Shown: in pieces, positions 9,920 through 19,348 of the stretch
Position numbering within the stretch: the first letter of the stretch is position 1
How the letters are laid out: every line of letters starts with the position of its first letter
Source: an uncultured Thermodesulfobacteriota bacterium
Lineage (GTDB): Bacteria > Desulfobacterota > Anaeroferrophillalia > Anaeroferrophillales > Tharpellaceae
Assembly: GCA_964623985.1 (NCBI GenBank)
Contig: CAZUXG010000002.1
Location: forward strand, 17,106-81,105
Direction: 5' to 3'
DNA: 64,000 nucleotides
Program-made: the position numbers and the translations under genes
The notes under the pieces: model-generated
The model's input: only the letters and a program-made list of their open reading frames with translations
The model's database searches: none
What the model was told of the DNA's origin: nothing

Positions 9920-10873
9920 TCAAAAAACAATCCCCGACAGATCCTCCTCTATATGACTCTCATAAAACTGTTGACACAACTCTTCCCGAGCCATCCATTG
10001 ACCAGTTGCAACGGCAATAATCTCAAAAGATCCATCGGCCTTCTTTTGATAAAGAGCGCCCTTAGGATAGTAGAATTTCCTTATCCCACGCCCCCGCACT
10101 AAAGGAGCCGGAGCAACCCCGAACAACTCTTCACCAATATCCGGCAAGCGATTGAGATAGAGTTTAAAACGCACCGTATAACCGTACAGATCTCCAGCCA
10201 GAATCCCGCTCCAACCACAGAGTTCATCTAAAAGAGCCGCCAACACTCCGGGATGAAGAGTGCCTGAAGCCTGTTGAAATGAGGAAGCCAGCTGAAAGTC
10301 TTCAATTCCAGCGCCGCCGAAACGCACAATAATTGATGGCAAGTCGTCCACAACACGAAAGAACCGCCGCCTTAAACCAGGTTTCTGGCGCTTCAAACCA
10401 CAGACAAAACAGTTATCGTAGACAGCCAGAGCCTGGTGATGGGCACTCTTTTCTTGAAGCATCTCCGGTTCCAAAAGAGGGAAATCAACACCCGCTGCTT
10501 CTGTGGTAACCCTGACTTCAGCACTCAGGTAAATTTTATCACTACCCTGCCGGCGCATCGACAGAAGTAAACTATTTTCATCTTTAACAATGGCCTTCAA
10601 AATCATCTCATCACCGATACTAACGGTATCGGCAAAACGCCAATCAATTTCCAGAGGATAAACAAGGTTCTCCCCTTTGATTTGCAACCAGCAATGATCC
10701 GCCAGATCGAGCAGGGCGGTCATCGCCACACCACCATGTGGAATACCCTGCCAGCCTTCATGATCCCGACTGAAAACCATCCCCGTCTCAACACCGGAAT
10801 CACAATCACGAATTGAAGAAAAACAAAACTTGTCGTGACAGGCAAAACAAGCCTCATGTCCAGTAACCTGCAT
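9920..10873 (-). CDS. Tandem hotdog-fold (PaaI/4HBT thioesterase-like) domain protein with Cys-rich motifs
   Basis: 317 aa. Two hotdog-like cores (GIPHGGVAMTALLDLADHC and LHPGVLAALLDELCGW), each preceded by a CxxC-type motif (CFACHDKFC, CFVCG). Strong RBS AAGGGAG. Confidence 0.5.
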   Translation of the reverse strand: MQVTGHEACFACHDKFCFSSIRDCDSGVETGMVFSRDHEGWQGIPHGGVAMTALLDLADHCWLQIKGENLVYPLEIDWRFADTVSIGDEMILKAIVKDENSLLLSMRRQGSDKIYLSAEVRVTTEAAGVDFPLLEPEMLQEKSAHHQALAVYDNCFVCGLKRQKPGLRRRFFRVVDDLPSIIVRFGGAGIEDFQLASSFQQASGTLHPGVLAALLDELCGWSGILAGDLYGYTVRFKLYLNRLPDIGEELFGVAPAPLVRGRGIRKFYYPKGALYQKKADGSFEIIAVATGQWMAREELCQQFYESHIEEDLSGIVF

Positions 10874-10975
10874 GGGATTCTCCCTTAACCCAACCTAACC
10901 CTGCGATATTTTTATATAACAGCCCAGTGAAAAACAGCTTTATATATTGCAATATCATGTTTAACCACAAATAAA

Positions 10976-11016
10976 AAGACCGTAATCTTTTTATAATGAA
11001 GATTACGGTCTTTTGT
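10976..11016. terminator. Orphan bidirectional hairpin/terminator inside a divergent intergenic region
   Basis: AAGACCGTAATCTT-N9-AAGATTACGGTCTT, a perfect 14 bp stem, followed by TTTTG. No annotated gene ends here on either strand. Confidence 0.45.
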
Positions 11017-11279
11017 CATTTCAAAACCACCCGTCGACGAAGTTGGAAACCGCGGCAACTTAAATTTATTTTTCAGGCAAGATCAGAGAATGAGGCTCGC
11101 CATGACACTTGGCACATTCGGAAATTAAACCGTGATTGACGGTCGCTAACTAATGATTTTATCGGGAAGATATTATTCTCGCGGTGAAAAAATCTTGACA
11201 ACAAATCGTTTTTATCTTACTTCTAAAACAATATAAACCTAACAACCATAATACACTAAAAAACCCTTTGGAGGCAGAT

Positions 11280-12659
11280 ATGTTGTTTCAACAATTTAAA
11301 GTCGAAGGTCTTAGCTGTTTATCGTATATGATCGGCTGTCCGCAAGCGGGCCGCGCCTTTGTCGTTGACCCCAAACGGGATATCGACGACTATTTAAAGG
11401 CGGCCCAGATCAATAAATTAAAAATCACCGGAATTATTGAAACTCATGTCCATGCCGACCATATTTCAGGAGCCTCCGAGCTCAACCACCAGACCGGTGC
11501 CCCAATCCATATCGGAGCCGGCTCACCGGTTGACTATGATCATCTGCCCCTCCATGACGGTGATGAAATTATTATCGGCAATGCCAAAATAAGAGTCGTT
11601 GCAACCCCGGGCCATACCCCTCACTCGATATCTTTGGCAATCTCTGATTTAATTCGTGGCGATCTTGTCGAGATGCTGTTAACCGGCGACCTTCTCTTTG
11701 TCGGTAGTATCGGTCGTCCAGATTTAGCCGGTGGCGAACTAATAGAAGAGCAGATCCGAAATGCTTATCACAGCTTGCGGGTGAAACTCGATGAATTTCC
11801 TGACTATGTAGAAGTCTATCCCGCCCATGGGGCGGGCTCACTCTGTGGTGCCGGAATCAGTGCCAAGCCTTCATCTACTTTAGGCTTTGAACGCCGAACC
11901 AACCATTTCCTACAACTTGATTTTGAAGATTTCAGGAAACAACTGAGTCAGAACACACCACATCGGCCAATCAACTTCAACCACATCATTAGCACCAACT
12001 TGCAAGGCGCAAAACTTACTGAAGAGTTACCGGCAATAAGTGAATACAAACCGCTAACCTGCAAAAAATTTCTAGAGGCCGACCCGAACAAGCTGCTCAT
12101 TGACCTAAGGGAGGCGACCGCCTTTGGCGGTGCACATATCCCCGGCAGTTTCAATATCGGCATGGCCCCAAACTCCGCCACTTGGATGGGAAATGTGGTC
12201 AAACCGGAGAGTGAACTCCTGCTTTTGGCCAATAATCATCAGGAAATCAAAGATGCCACAACCATGTTCCGCCGAGTCGGCTACGACCATATCAAAGGCT
12301 ACATCATCGGCTTAAGCAGCTGGATTTTAGCGGCTGAGAAGACCGGATTTCTACCCCAGATCACCGTCCATTCCCTGCACCATGTACTCGAAAAATACAG
12401 TAATCATATGGTTTTAGATGTCCGCAATAAGCAAGAGTGGCGAGCTGGCCACATCGAAAAGGCCGAACATCTACCGCTACCGGAACTTATCAATCGAGGT
12501 TTCAACAACAATCTCGAGCAGCACATCAGTGTCATTTGCATGTCCGGTTACCGTTCCAACATCGCCGCCTCAATCCTTAAACAGCGGGGCTATAAAAATG
12601 TCTACAGCGTCATTGGCGGCATGAGTACCTGGAAAGCCGCCGGTTATAAACATGCTTAA
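11280..12659 (+). CDS. MBL-fold metallo-hydrolase fused to two rhodanese domains (persulfide dioxygenase / sulfurtransferase-like)
   Basis: HVHADHISGA metallo-beta-lactamase motif. C-terminal rhodanese with active-site CMSGYRS. Start placed at the ATG with a GGAGG RBS. Confidence 0.7.
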   Translation: MLFQQFKVEGLSCLSYMIGCPQAGRAFVVDPKRDIDDYLKAAQINKLKITGIIETHVHADHISGASELNHQTGAPIHIGAGSPVDYDHLPLHDGDEIIIGNAKIRVVATPGHTPHSISLAISDLIRGDLVEMLLTGDLLFVGSIGRPDLAGGELIEEQIRNAYHSLRVKLDEFPDYVEVYPAHGAGSLCGAGISAKPSSTLGFERRTNHFLQLDFEDFRKQLSQNTPHRPINFNHIISTNLQGAKLTEELPAISEYKPLTCKKFLEADPNKLLIDLREATAFGGAHIPGSFNIGMAPNSATWMGNVVKPESELLLLANNHQEIKDATTMFRRVGYDHIKGYIIGLSSWILAAEKTGFLPQITVHSLHHVLEKYSNHMVLDVRNKQEWRAGHIEKAEHLPLPELINRGFNNNLEQHISVICMSGYRSNIAASILKQRGYKNVYSVIGGMSTWKAAGYKHA

Positions 12660-12675
12660 TCCATAAATTGTTAAG

Positions 12676-13242
12676 CTACTCACATTGCCCCGACCAGACC
12701 GGCAGATATTGTTCATTGATAGCGGCCAAAGTCGGCAGAGAAATATCCTTCTCCGAGAGGATAACCTCTTGGCCGGGCCACTCTATACCGATTTTAGGAT
12801 CGCTCCAAAGCAGACCATACTCATCTTCATAACAGTAAAGATCGGTGCATTTGTAGTAAACTTCAGCAGTTTCACTTAAGACCATAAAACCATGAGCAAA
12901 ACCCGGCGGCACAAAAAGCTGATACCGACTGCTGTCCGACAACGTATAACCAACCCAGCGGCCGAAAGTTGGCGAACCGCGCCGGATATCAACCGCTACA
13001 TCAAAAATATCTCCCTTTAAAACAAAAACCAGTTTTCCCTGTGGTTTTTTGAGCTGATAGTGAAGACCGCGTAACGTCCCCCGTCCCGAAGATGACATAT
13101 TATCCTGAACAAAGCTGTAAGGTACGCCCCCATCTGCATATTTCCCCTGATTGAAGGTCTCCATAAAAAAACCGCGTTGATCACAAAACATATCAGGCTT
13201 AATCAAACAAACACCTTCGATATCGGTACTTATAAAATCCAT
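12676..13242 (-). CDS. rfbC: dTDP-4-dehydrorhamnose 3,5-epimerase
   Basis: 188 aa. RmlC cupin motifs (FMETFNQGKY...RGLHYQ...KLVFVLKGDIFDVAVDIR). No rfbABD genes are adjacent. Confidence 0.8.
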   Translation of the reverse strand: MDFISTDIEGVCLIKPDMFCDQRGFFMETFNQGKYADGGVPYSFVQDNMSSSGRGTLRGLHYQLKKPQGKLVFVLKGDIFDVAVDIRRGSPTFGRWVGYTLSDSSRYQLFVPPGFAHGFMVLSETAEVYYKCTDLYCYEDEYGLLWSDPKIGIEWPGQEVILSEKDISLPTLAAINEQYLPVWSGQCE

Positions 13243-13361
13243 TTAAAAAACTCCCTAAAAAATGGATAAATTTTATCTTCTATATGACTCAGATAGCCAA
13301 AATAACACTAAATGGAGCAATCATGCTACGCTTCCATATCTAACTTGCTACATATGAAGTG

Positions 13362-14810
13362 TTATTGACTATTGGCGGCTGAGACTTGCAAACCATGACG
13401 CTTCATCTTTTTATAGAGAAGGGTGCGATGGATACCGAGCTGACGGGCCGCCAGACTTTTATTACCACGGGATAGGTCTAGAGCTTGACGAATCGTTTTT
13501 TGCTCAGTTAAGGCCAACGCCTCACTTAAATTTCGGCCAGAACCCTGATTTCCTGATAGCCCCGGTTGTCGATGCAGATAAAAAGGGAGATCGGCCAATT
13601 CAATAACATCACCTTCAATAGTTGCCAGAATCTGACTTAAGACATTGTTCATCTCCCGCACATTACCGGGCCAGTCATAAAGGAGTAGAGTATTGGCCGC
13701 TTCAGAACTCAAGGAGATCTCAGGAATAAATGAATCCTGGATCATCTTCTTTAAGAGGCTACGGGCCAAAAAGATAATATCTTCACGGCGTTCCCGCAAC
13801 GGTGGAATGACTAAGGGGATACCTTTAAGACGATAGTAAAGATCAGCCCGGAATAAGCCACTTGCTACCTTTTCAGCCAGAATGTGGTTGGTTGCAGCAA
13901 TGAGCCGGAAATCTGAACGAATCGGCGAGATACCACCAACTCTTTCAAACTCTTTCTCTTCCAGAACCCGCAATAACTTTGGTTGCATCTCAAGAGGCAT
14001 ATCACCAATCTCATCAAGAAAGATTGACCCTTGGTTAGCCAATTCAAACTTACCCGGTTTACCTGAGGTGCAAGCCCCGGTAAAAGCCCCCTTTTCGTAA
14101 CCAAATAATTCCGCTTCAAGCAACTCTCGCGGAATTGAAGCACAATTAATCCGGACAAAAGGATGAACCCGACGATTACTGGCATGGTGAATAGCCTGGG
14201 CAAACATCTCTTTGCCGGTTCCCGACTCCCCGCTAATCAGAATCGGTAAAGCCGTCGCAGCGACCTTTAAAGCCTCTTTTTTAAGTTGCTCCATAACCGA
14301 ACTTTCAGCAATAATACTGTCGAAGGTATAACGGGTAGATCGCAGAGAGAAGATCTCCTCCTCATAAAGTTTGACCTTACTCTCAAGTAGGGCAAGACGA
14401 TCTGCCAACTTTTGTACGTCACCAACATTCTTGAACATTACCTGACCAAAAACCGCGATCACCTTGCCATCTTTTTTAATAGGAATACGCTGAACCACCA
14501 TATCCTGATTTTTCAAACGATGGGCTTTATTGATCTCGGCCTTACCAGTCTTGGCAACAATATGCATACGGGTATTTTCGATAACCTCAGTCGCATGTTT
14601 ACCGATCTGGGCGGCTGGATCAATTCCTAAAAAACTACCATAGGGTTTATTAAAAAAGATAATTTCGCCTTTAGCATCAGTAACAATGACACCGTTGTGA
14701 ATATTATCTATAATCAGCTGGCAAAGCTCCAGAGTTGACTCCAAATCTGTTTTTGAAGTTCTTTTCGACACCGCCCCCTCCACTATCTCCTTAACCACTT
14801 TACTACCCAC
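13362..14810 (-). CDS. Sigma-54-dependent transcriptional activator (PAS sensor, AAA+ domain, Fis-type HTH)
   Basis: 482 aa. N-terminal PAS-like region, ESGTGKEMFAQAIH Walker A, a GAFTGA-like loop (YEKGAFTGA), and a C-terminal HTH (LAARQLGIHRTLLYKKMKRHG). Confidence 0.85.
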   Translation of the reverse strand: MGSKVVKEIVEGAVSKRTSKTDLESTLELCQLIIDNIHNGVIVTDAKGEIIFFNKPYGSFLGIDPAAQIGKHATEVIENTRMHIVAKTGKAEINKAHRLKNQDMVVQRIPIKKDGKVIAVFGQVMFKNVGDVQKLADRLALLESKVKLYEEEIFSLRSTRYTFDSIIAESSVMEQLKKEALKVAATALPILISGESGTGKEMFAQAIHHASNRRVHPFVRINCASIPRELLEAELFGYEKGAFTGACTSGKPGKFELANQGSIFLDEIGDMPLEMQPKLLRVLEEKEFERVGGISPIRSDFRLIAATNHILAEKVASGLFRADLYYRLKGIPLVIPPLRERREDIIFLARSLLKKMIQDSFIPEISLSSEAANTLLLYDWPGNVREMNNVLSQILATIEGDVIELADLPFYLHRQPGLSGNQGSGRNLSEALALTEQKTIRQALDLSRGNKSLAARQLGIHRTLLYKKMKRHGLQVSAANSQ

Positions 14811-14845
14811 TTAAAAACCCGGCTGGAGATCAAATTAGACTAAAA

Positions 14846-14869
14846 TTCATGTAGCTCATTTGCTACATG
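14846..14869. promoter_or_regulatory. Perfect palindrome, candidate upstream activator sequence for the adjacent sigma-54 activator
   Basis: TCATGTAGC-TCATTT-GCTACATGA, with 9 bp arms, about 150 bp upstream of a sigma-54-like -24/-12 element. Confidence 0.4.
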
Positions 14870-15008
14870 AACATACTATAAAGAGGCTAACTTCGTCAAC
14901 CCAATAACTATCAGCACTCTATCACCAACTCGGATACAACTCATAAGTAGCTATTTTATAGAACTAAATTCCTTCATAACAAGCCGGTCTTAAGAAACTC
15001 ACCACCTT

Positions 15009-15024
15009 TGGCCTGTTTGTTGCG
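15009..15024 (+). promoter_or_regulatory. Candidate sigma-54 (-24/-12) promoter reading toward the hypothetical gene at 15261
   Basis: TGGCCTGTTTGTTGCG has GG and GC at the canonical spacing (TGGCAC-N5-TTGC). It lies divergent from the sigma-54 activator gene. Confidence 0.4.
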
Positions 15025-15201
15025 ATTTTATCACACATTTAGTGAGGTGACAACCTGAGCAGCAGTACCATTTCCCTGAGCAAAGTTCTTAACGATTCCG
15101 AGTATCAAGAAATTGACAATTTCTGCAGCACCCATCAAGGAATTGAAATGCTCAAGAAAAACTTGACTTTACACCCCCCACACCATATAGACCTCCGCCA
15201 G

Positions 15202-15250
15202 AGTACGTCTAAAAATTACCTTTTTGCCCAATAGCTACGTTAGGCTCAAA
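15202..15250 (+). repeat. Copy (about 48 bp) of the intergenic repeat family
   Basis: AGTACGTCTAAAAATTACCTTTTTGCCCAATAGCTACGTTAGGCTCAAA aligns with 30888-30936. Confidence 0.55.
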
Positions 15251-15260
15251 AAAATCATCC

Positions 15261-16028
15261 ATGAATACACCCTCTGATACATATATCTGTCCAGTCACCA
15301 AGCTAACAATTCTCAACAAACCGGAATGGAACAATATTGGGTTTGGCAATGACTATAAAATTTCAGTAGAAATTATCAACGAACAGATTTTGGTCACCCA
15401 TAATTCCGGCACACCCACCTTATATGACACTCAAAACGCCTTGCACTTCACAACCCATATTATCGAAAATTTTTTAGTTGATCGCCCCTACATTCATATT
15501 TTTGATTACAACGGAGTCAAACAAAGGTTCCCCCTTGAAGCCCGCCGTCTAGCCATTAAGGATATAAGCAAACGGAAGCGGATGCTGGCAGCAATCTTCT
15601 ATGGGCTTATACCGTCGATAAAATTAAGCATAAAAATTGGTCGCTTTTTCCACCAATTTCCCTTTCCCTGCCTGCTGGTAAGAAACTACACCGAGGCCAT
15701 GGAAACGACCCTGACAATCCTCAACGATAGTGAAAGAAATCCGCTTATTGTTGAAAAAAAGAAAGCTCTGGATTGTGAAACGGAAAAATTAATTAAAGAC
15801 CTCACGCAAAGAAAGCTCTCCTCTTGTAATGCCGATGCCACCCCTTTTGATCAAACAATTGAGTTGATTGAAGATGAAATTCAATATCTTGAAGAGAAAG
15901 TAAGTAAAACTCGCCGAGTAAATACCTTGATCCGGCTGGACAAGATTATCAGCAGCAGAAATGAAAAATCCAGAACCTATTGGAACAGTCTGCGGCCAAG
16001 TTCCAGAGCAAGACTGAAAAATGAATAA
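15261..16028 (+). CDS. Hypothetical protein (AT-rich gene, coiled-coil C-terminal half)
   Basis: 255 aa ORF with no motif I recognise. Notably lower GC than its neighbours, and no clear RBS. Confidence 0.5.
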   Translation: MNTPSDTYICPVTKLTILNKPEWNNIGFGNDYKISVEIINEQILVTHNSGTPTLYDTQNALHFTTHIIENFLVDRPYIHIFDYNGVKQRFPLEARRLAIKDISKRKRMLAAIFYGLIPSIKLSIKIGRFFHQFPFPCLLVRNYTEAMETTLTILNDSERNPLIVEKKKALDCETEKLIKDLTQRKLSSCNADATPFDQTIELIEDEIQYLEEKVSKTRRVNTLIRLDKIISSRNEKSRTYWNSLRPSSRARLKNE

Positions 16029-16074
16029 AAAAAGCGTAAAGATGCAGGAAATCGCTTACATAAATAATACTTTT

Positions 16075-16460
16075 ATCGCTTTGGATGAAGTGACATGGTC
16101 AAGTAAAAATGGACACTTTTCTTAGGCTGCTTTGCTCTTAACCATCATTTTTTCAAAATCTTTTGGGCTCATATATCCCAGATATGAGTGACGGCGTTTG
16201 CGGTTATAGAACATTTCGATATAATCGACTATATCCCGTCGAGCTGACTCCCTGGTTTTATATTGGGAACCATGCACCCGTTCGGTTTTCAGACTACCAA
16301 AAAAACTTTCCGCTACACTATTATCCCAGCCGTGCCCTTTGCGACTCATGCTGCTGATCATGTCGTACTTCTTCAACTCTTTTTGAAAATCATGACTACA
16401 ATACTGGCTGTCTCTATCAGAATGAAAGATGAGCCCGGCCTCCGACAATCTCCATTAATT
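16075..16460 (-). mobile_element. IS3-family transposase remnant (C-terminal part of OrfB integrase core only)
   Basis: Translation LIFHSDRDSQYCS...DNSVAESFFGSLKTERVH...YIEMFYNRKRRHSYLGYMSPKDFE is the IS3 DDE-domain C-terminus. The N-terminal half and OrfA are absent. Confidence 0.7.
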
Positions 16461-16461
16461 C

Positions 16462-16693
16462 AGCAAACCCAGCCACAAAGCATAACTGAAAGCTGAAAGA
16501 ATCGTCGTTAAAGAGATCGAGGCAACTGCCAAGTCAACATGCCCACCCATCTCACGAGCCATAACAAAGGTTACAGTCGCGGTCGGTGCAGCCAGCAGGA
16601 TCAATCCGGGAGTAAAGGTTTGGCGTCAACCCCGGCTCCCAACATGATCAGCATGAAAATCGGGATAATCGTCGTAATAACCTTGCCCATGAT
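16462..16693 (-). pseudogene. AEC (auxin-efflux-carrier) family transporter remnant: N-terminal 24 codons joined out of frame to the last 48 codons
   Basis: MGKVITTIIPIFMLIMLGAG then a stop. In another frame, ILLAAPTATVTFVMAREMGGHVDLAVASISLTTILSAFSYALWLGLLN*. Both match the AEC N- and C-termini, and about 250 codons are missing. Confidence 0.5.
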
Positions 16694-16880
16694 AAAATCG
16701 AATAATTTATAAAGATTTTGGTTTTAATTCCCCGCAACTCTTGTTATTATAAGTACTATGACGTTTAAAGACCGTCTTGAAAGGTTCCATATCAAGATGA
16801 ATGTCTCTTGCTAACCACTATGAGATAGATATTCAACTTTAATCAGAAACCTTAGTTAACCCCGTTTAAAAAAAATATCT

Positions 16881-17717
16881 ATGCATCCACAACCCCCAAT
16901 TCACCTTCCGCCCCGGATTATCGCCCCGCGCCGTGCGGTTGTCCTCTCCGCCGGCACCCTCTACACATTGAAACTTTCAGAGATATTCGAAATCGCTTCT
17001 GAATGTGGCTACGACGGGATCGAACTGATTATCAACACTGTATTTGAGGATAGCTGCTCTCATAAAATCATTGAAAAACTACTCCCACTCTGCCCGATCC
17101 TCTCGATCCATGCCCCTTTCTTAAAACTTCATGGCTGGGGCCATGGTGGGAAATCACTCATCAAATGCATTAATCTGGCCCGTGATTTCGAGATCCCACT
17201 GGTCAACTTTCATCCACCCCTCTGGTTGCCACCAGAATTCACCTTCCGGCACTGGTTCTACAGAGTTGAAGATTTCCAGACCCTGGTCAACGACAGTAAG
17301 GTTATCGTCACCATAGAAAATATGCCCTATGTCGGCAACCACATTCGCTTCAATCCAAATATCCTGAAAAAATCGGAAGAGATGCTCAAATTCGTTGAAA
17401 AACATAACCTTTTCATGACCTTTGATACAACCCATATAGGTTCTCACAATCCCAATTTCCTCGGTGAATTCCAACGCCTTTTGGTTACCGGTCGGATTAA
17501 AAATATCCATTTCAGTGATTATGGCCACAACCGGGAGCACCTCTTTCCAGGACGCGGCATCCTGCCTCTGACCCGTTTTCTCTACATGCTCAAAGAGCGC
17601 AACTACGAGGGTGCCGTCACCCTTGAATTGAGTCCGACGGAACTTCCTAAAAAACGTGATATGATCGTTGAAAGTCTCAGTGAAGTGAACGAATACTTAA
17701 GGTCTGAACTATTTTAA
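16881..17717 (+). CDS. Sugar phosphate isomerase/epimerase (xylose-isomerase-like TIM barrel) family protein
   Basis: 278 aa. CGYDGIEL...HAPF...ENMP...FDTTH pattern typical of AP-endonuclease-2/TIM-barrel proteins. The real start may be the internal TTG at about 16968 (MKLSEIFEIA). Confidence 0.6.
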   Translation: MHPQPPIHLPPRIIAPRRAVVLSAGTLYTLKLSEIFEIASECGYDGIELIINTVFEDSCSHKIIEKLLPLCPILSIHAPFLKLHGWGHGGKSLIKCINLARDFEIPLVNFHPPLWLPPEFTFRHWFYRVEDFQTLVNDSKVIVTIENMPYVGNHIRFNPNILKKSEEMLKFVEKHNLFMTFDTTHIGSHNPNFLGEFQRLLVTGRIKNIHFSDYGHNREHLFPGRGILPLTRFLYMLKERNYEGAVTLELSPTELPKKRDMIVESLSEVNEYLRSELF

Positions 17718-18017
17718 ACGCAATAGCTAGCAAAGAGAAATCGGTGCGTTTCGCCCAGCCCGCCTGATGGAGGACAGCTTCAAAAACTACCTCTATAGTA
17801 AAGCACGGCTAAACACCTTCAAGGCTTGAACAAAAAAAACTAGACTTCCCGATATGTGATAACGATAGGAGAGTATAAAGAAAAGATTGTGGGCACTGCG
17901 CAATATGGCGGGCTGTAATAAGTGCCCTGAATAGCCGCCAGATAACCGGCAACCAACCTTTATAACTATAAAAACACCTTATTCCAGGCCAAAAGCGCCG
18001 GAACAATTTACAAGAAG

Positions 18018-18296
18018 CTATTCGATCGTCAGAATTTCCGTTAAATTATAGAGCTCAAAAAACTGAAGCAACTTTTTTGAAACATTAATCAATACCATTT
18101 TACCAGCCCGCTCCACAACCTTTCTCTGGGCACTCACTAGAGATCCGAGAGCACTAGAATTGAGATAGGTCACCCTCTCCATATCCAGAACCAGCTTATC
18201 CACCCCGGCATCAGTTGCAGCCGTAAGTTCTTGTGAAAATTCATCCCAGGTTTCAACGTTTGCAACATCACCTTTAAGTGCCAATCTTGTTTCCAT
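18018..18296 (-). CDS. STAS-domain anti-sigma-factor antagonist (SpoIIAA/RsbV-like)
   Basis: 92 aa. Motif LDMERVTYLNSSALGSLVSAQRKV with the conserved phosphorylatable Ser. Confidence 0.75.
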   Translation of the reverse strand: METRLALKGDVANVETWDEFSQELTAATDAGVDKLVLDMERVTYLNSSALGSLVSAQRKVVERAGKMVLINVSKKLLQFFELYNLTEILTIE

Positions 18297-18387
18297 CAGA
18301 GCCCTCCGTCAAAATAAAAACATTTTTTATACATATTTGAAAAATCCATAACTGGATAGCACAAACCCTAAATACAAAACTATCACA

Positions 18388-19182
18388 TCACTCATCTATC
18401 TTCTGCGTAAACCAACTTTTAAAAGTCTTAAGATAGTACAAAAAGACAAACAACAACGCCGCAACAACAATATATTTAAAAATTGCAATATGGCGCTCGA
18501 GATAATCGAAAAAACAAGTCCAGATTATAATCGATGCCAGGGTTCCGCTAAAAACCGCAGCAAAGTTACGTTTAATACTAAATTTTAAAAAATACGCGAT
18601 TATTGAACCCGCGACCGGACCGGTAATCGGCAACGGAATCATGACAAAAACAATAATCCCCAACCAGCCGTAACGGGCGACGACATTTTTATGTTTAAGA
18701 GCTTGTTTTTCAGCATTTTTTGACGCAATCGTAAGCCATTTACAATTGAGATAATTTTTAAATGAGAAGACGAAAAGCGAATAACAGTAGCAAACAATCA
18801 AGACCTCAAGAAACATATTGTAAACTATCGTCACCCAGGCTGAAAACTCAAAGGCAATACAGAGCCCGATGCCGGCGGCCCGCCCCCCCAAGGTATGGGC
18901 GATAAAAGCTAACAACAGGGTCTGCCCGGTTTTCATGTCGATCGCCAGATAGTAAGCGGTCAGGATAACAAAAATAACACTGAGCAGCAAACCGAACAGA
19001 AAAACCCGGCCTTCCCCACTCTGATAGAGAGCTTTTCCAGCCCCCTCATCATGATCATGGAGATCATAACTCTTACCTGAAAATTCTTTTTCGGGTAACT
19101 CGGTTACGACAAGCTTCTCATCAACCAAAGGTAAAGAGGAGGAGTCCCGCCGCCAGAACCTGATATTCTTCAAAAACCCCAT
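18388..19182 (-). CDS. Integral membrane protein (COG2426/PF06695-like 'small multidrug export' family) with N-terminal soluble extension
   Basis: 264 aa. Multiple hydrophobic helices and the motif MIPLPITGPVAGSIIAYFL. Confidence 0.4.
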   Translation of the reverse strand: MGFLKNIRFWRRDSSSLPLVDEKLVVTELPEKEFSGKSYDLHDHDEGAGKALYQSGEGRVFLFGLLLSVIFVILTAYYLAIDMKTGQTLLLAFIAHTLGGRAAGIGLCIAFEFSAWVTIVYNMFLEVLIVCYCYSLFVFSFKNYLNCKWLTIASKNAEKQALKHKNVVARYGWLGIIVFVMIPLPITGPVAGSIIAYFLKFSIKRNFAAVFSGTLASIIIWTCFFDYLERHIAIFKYIVVAALLFVFLYYLKTFKSWFTQKIDE

Positions 19183-19348
19183 AGATCTTCTATCAATAAG
19201 TTCTCTTAAGACAACAGAAACAGACGCTGACTACAACGGTTGCCGGGACCTTGTCAAGTATTAAAGACTCTGGTAAGCAACCCAAGATGACCATCTAAAA
19301 AACCACCTGCAAGTCGAGCACGATTATAACATTTTACGAGGTTATCAA

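Noticed and set aside
11060-11140. TGGCACATTCGGAAAT as a sigma-54 promoter for the MBL-rhodanese gene
   Set aside because: Perfect -24 TGGCAC, but no GC dinucleotide at the -12 position.
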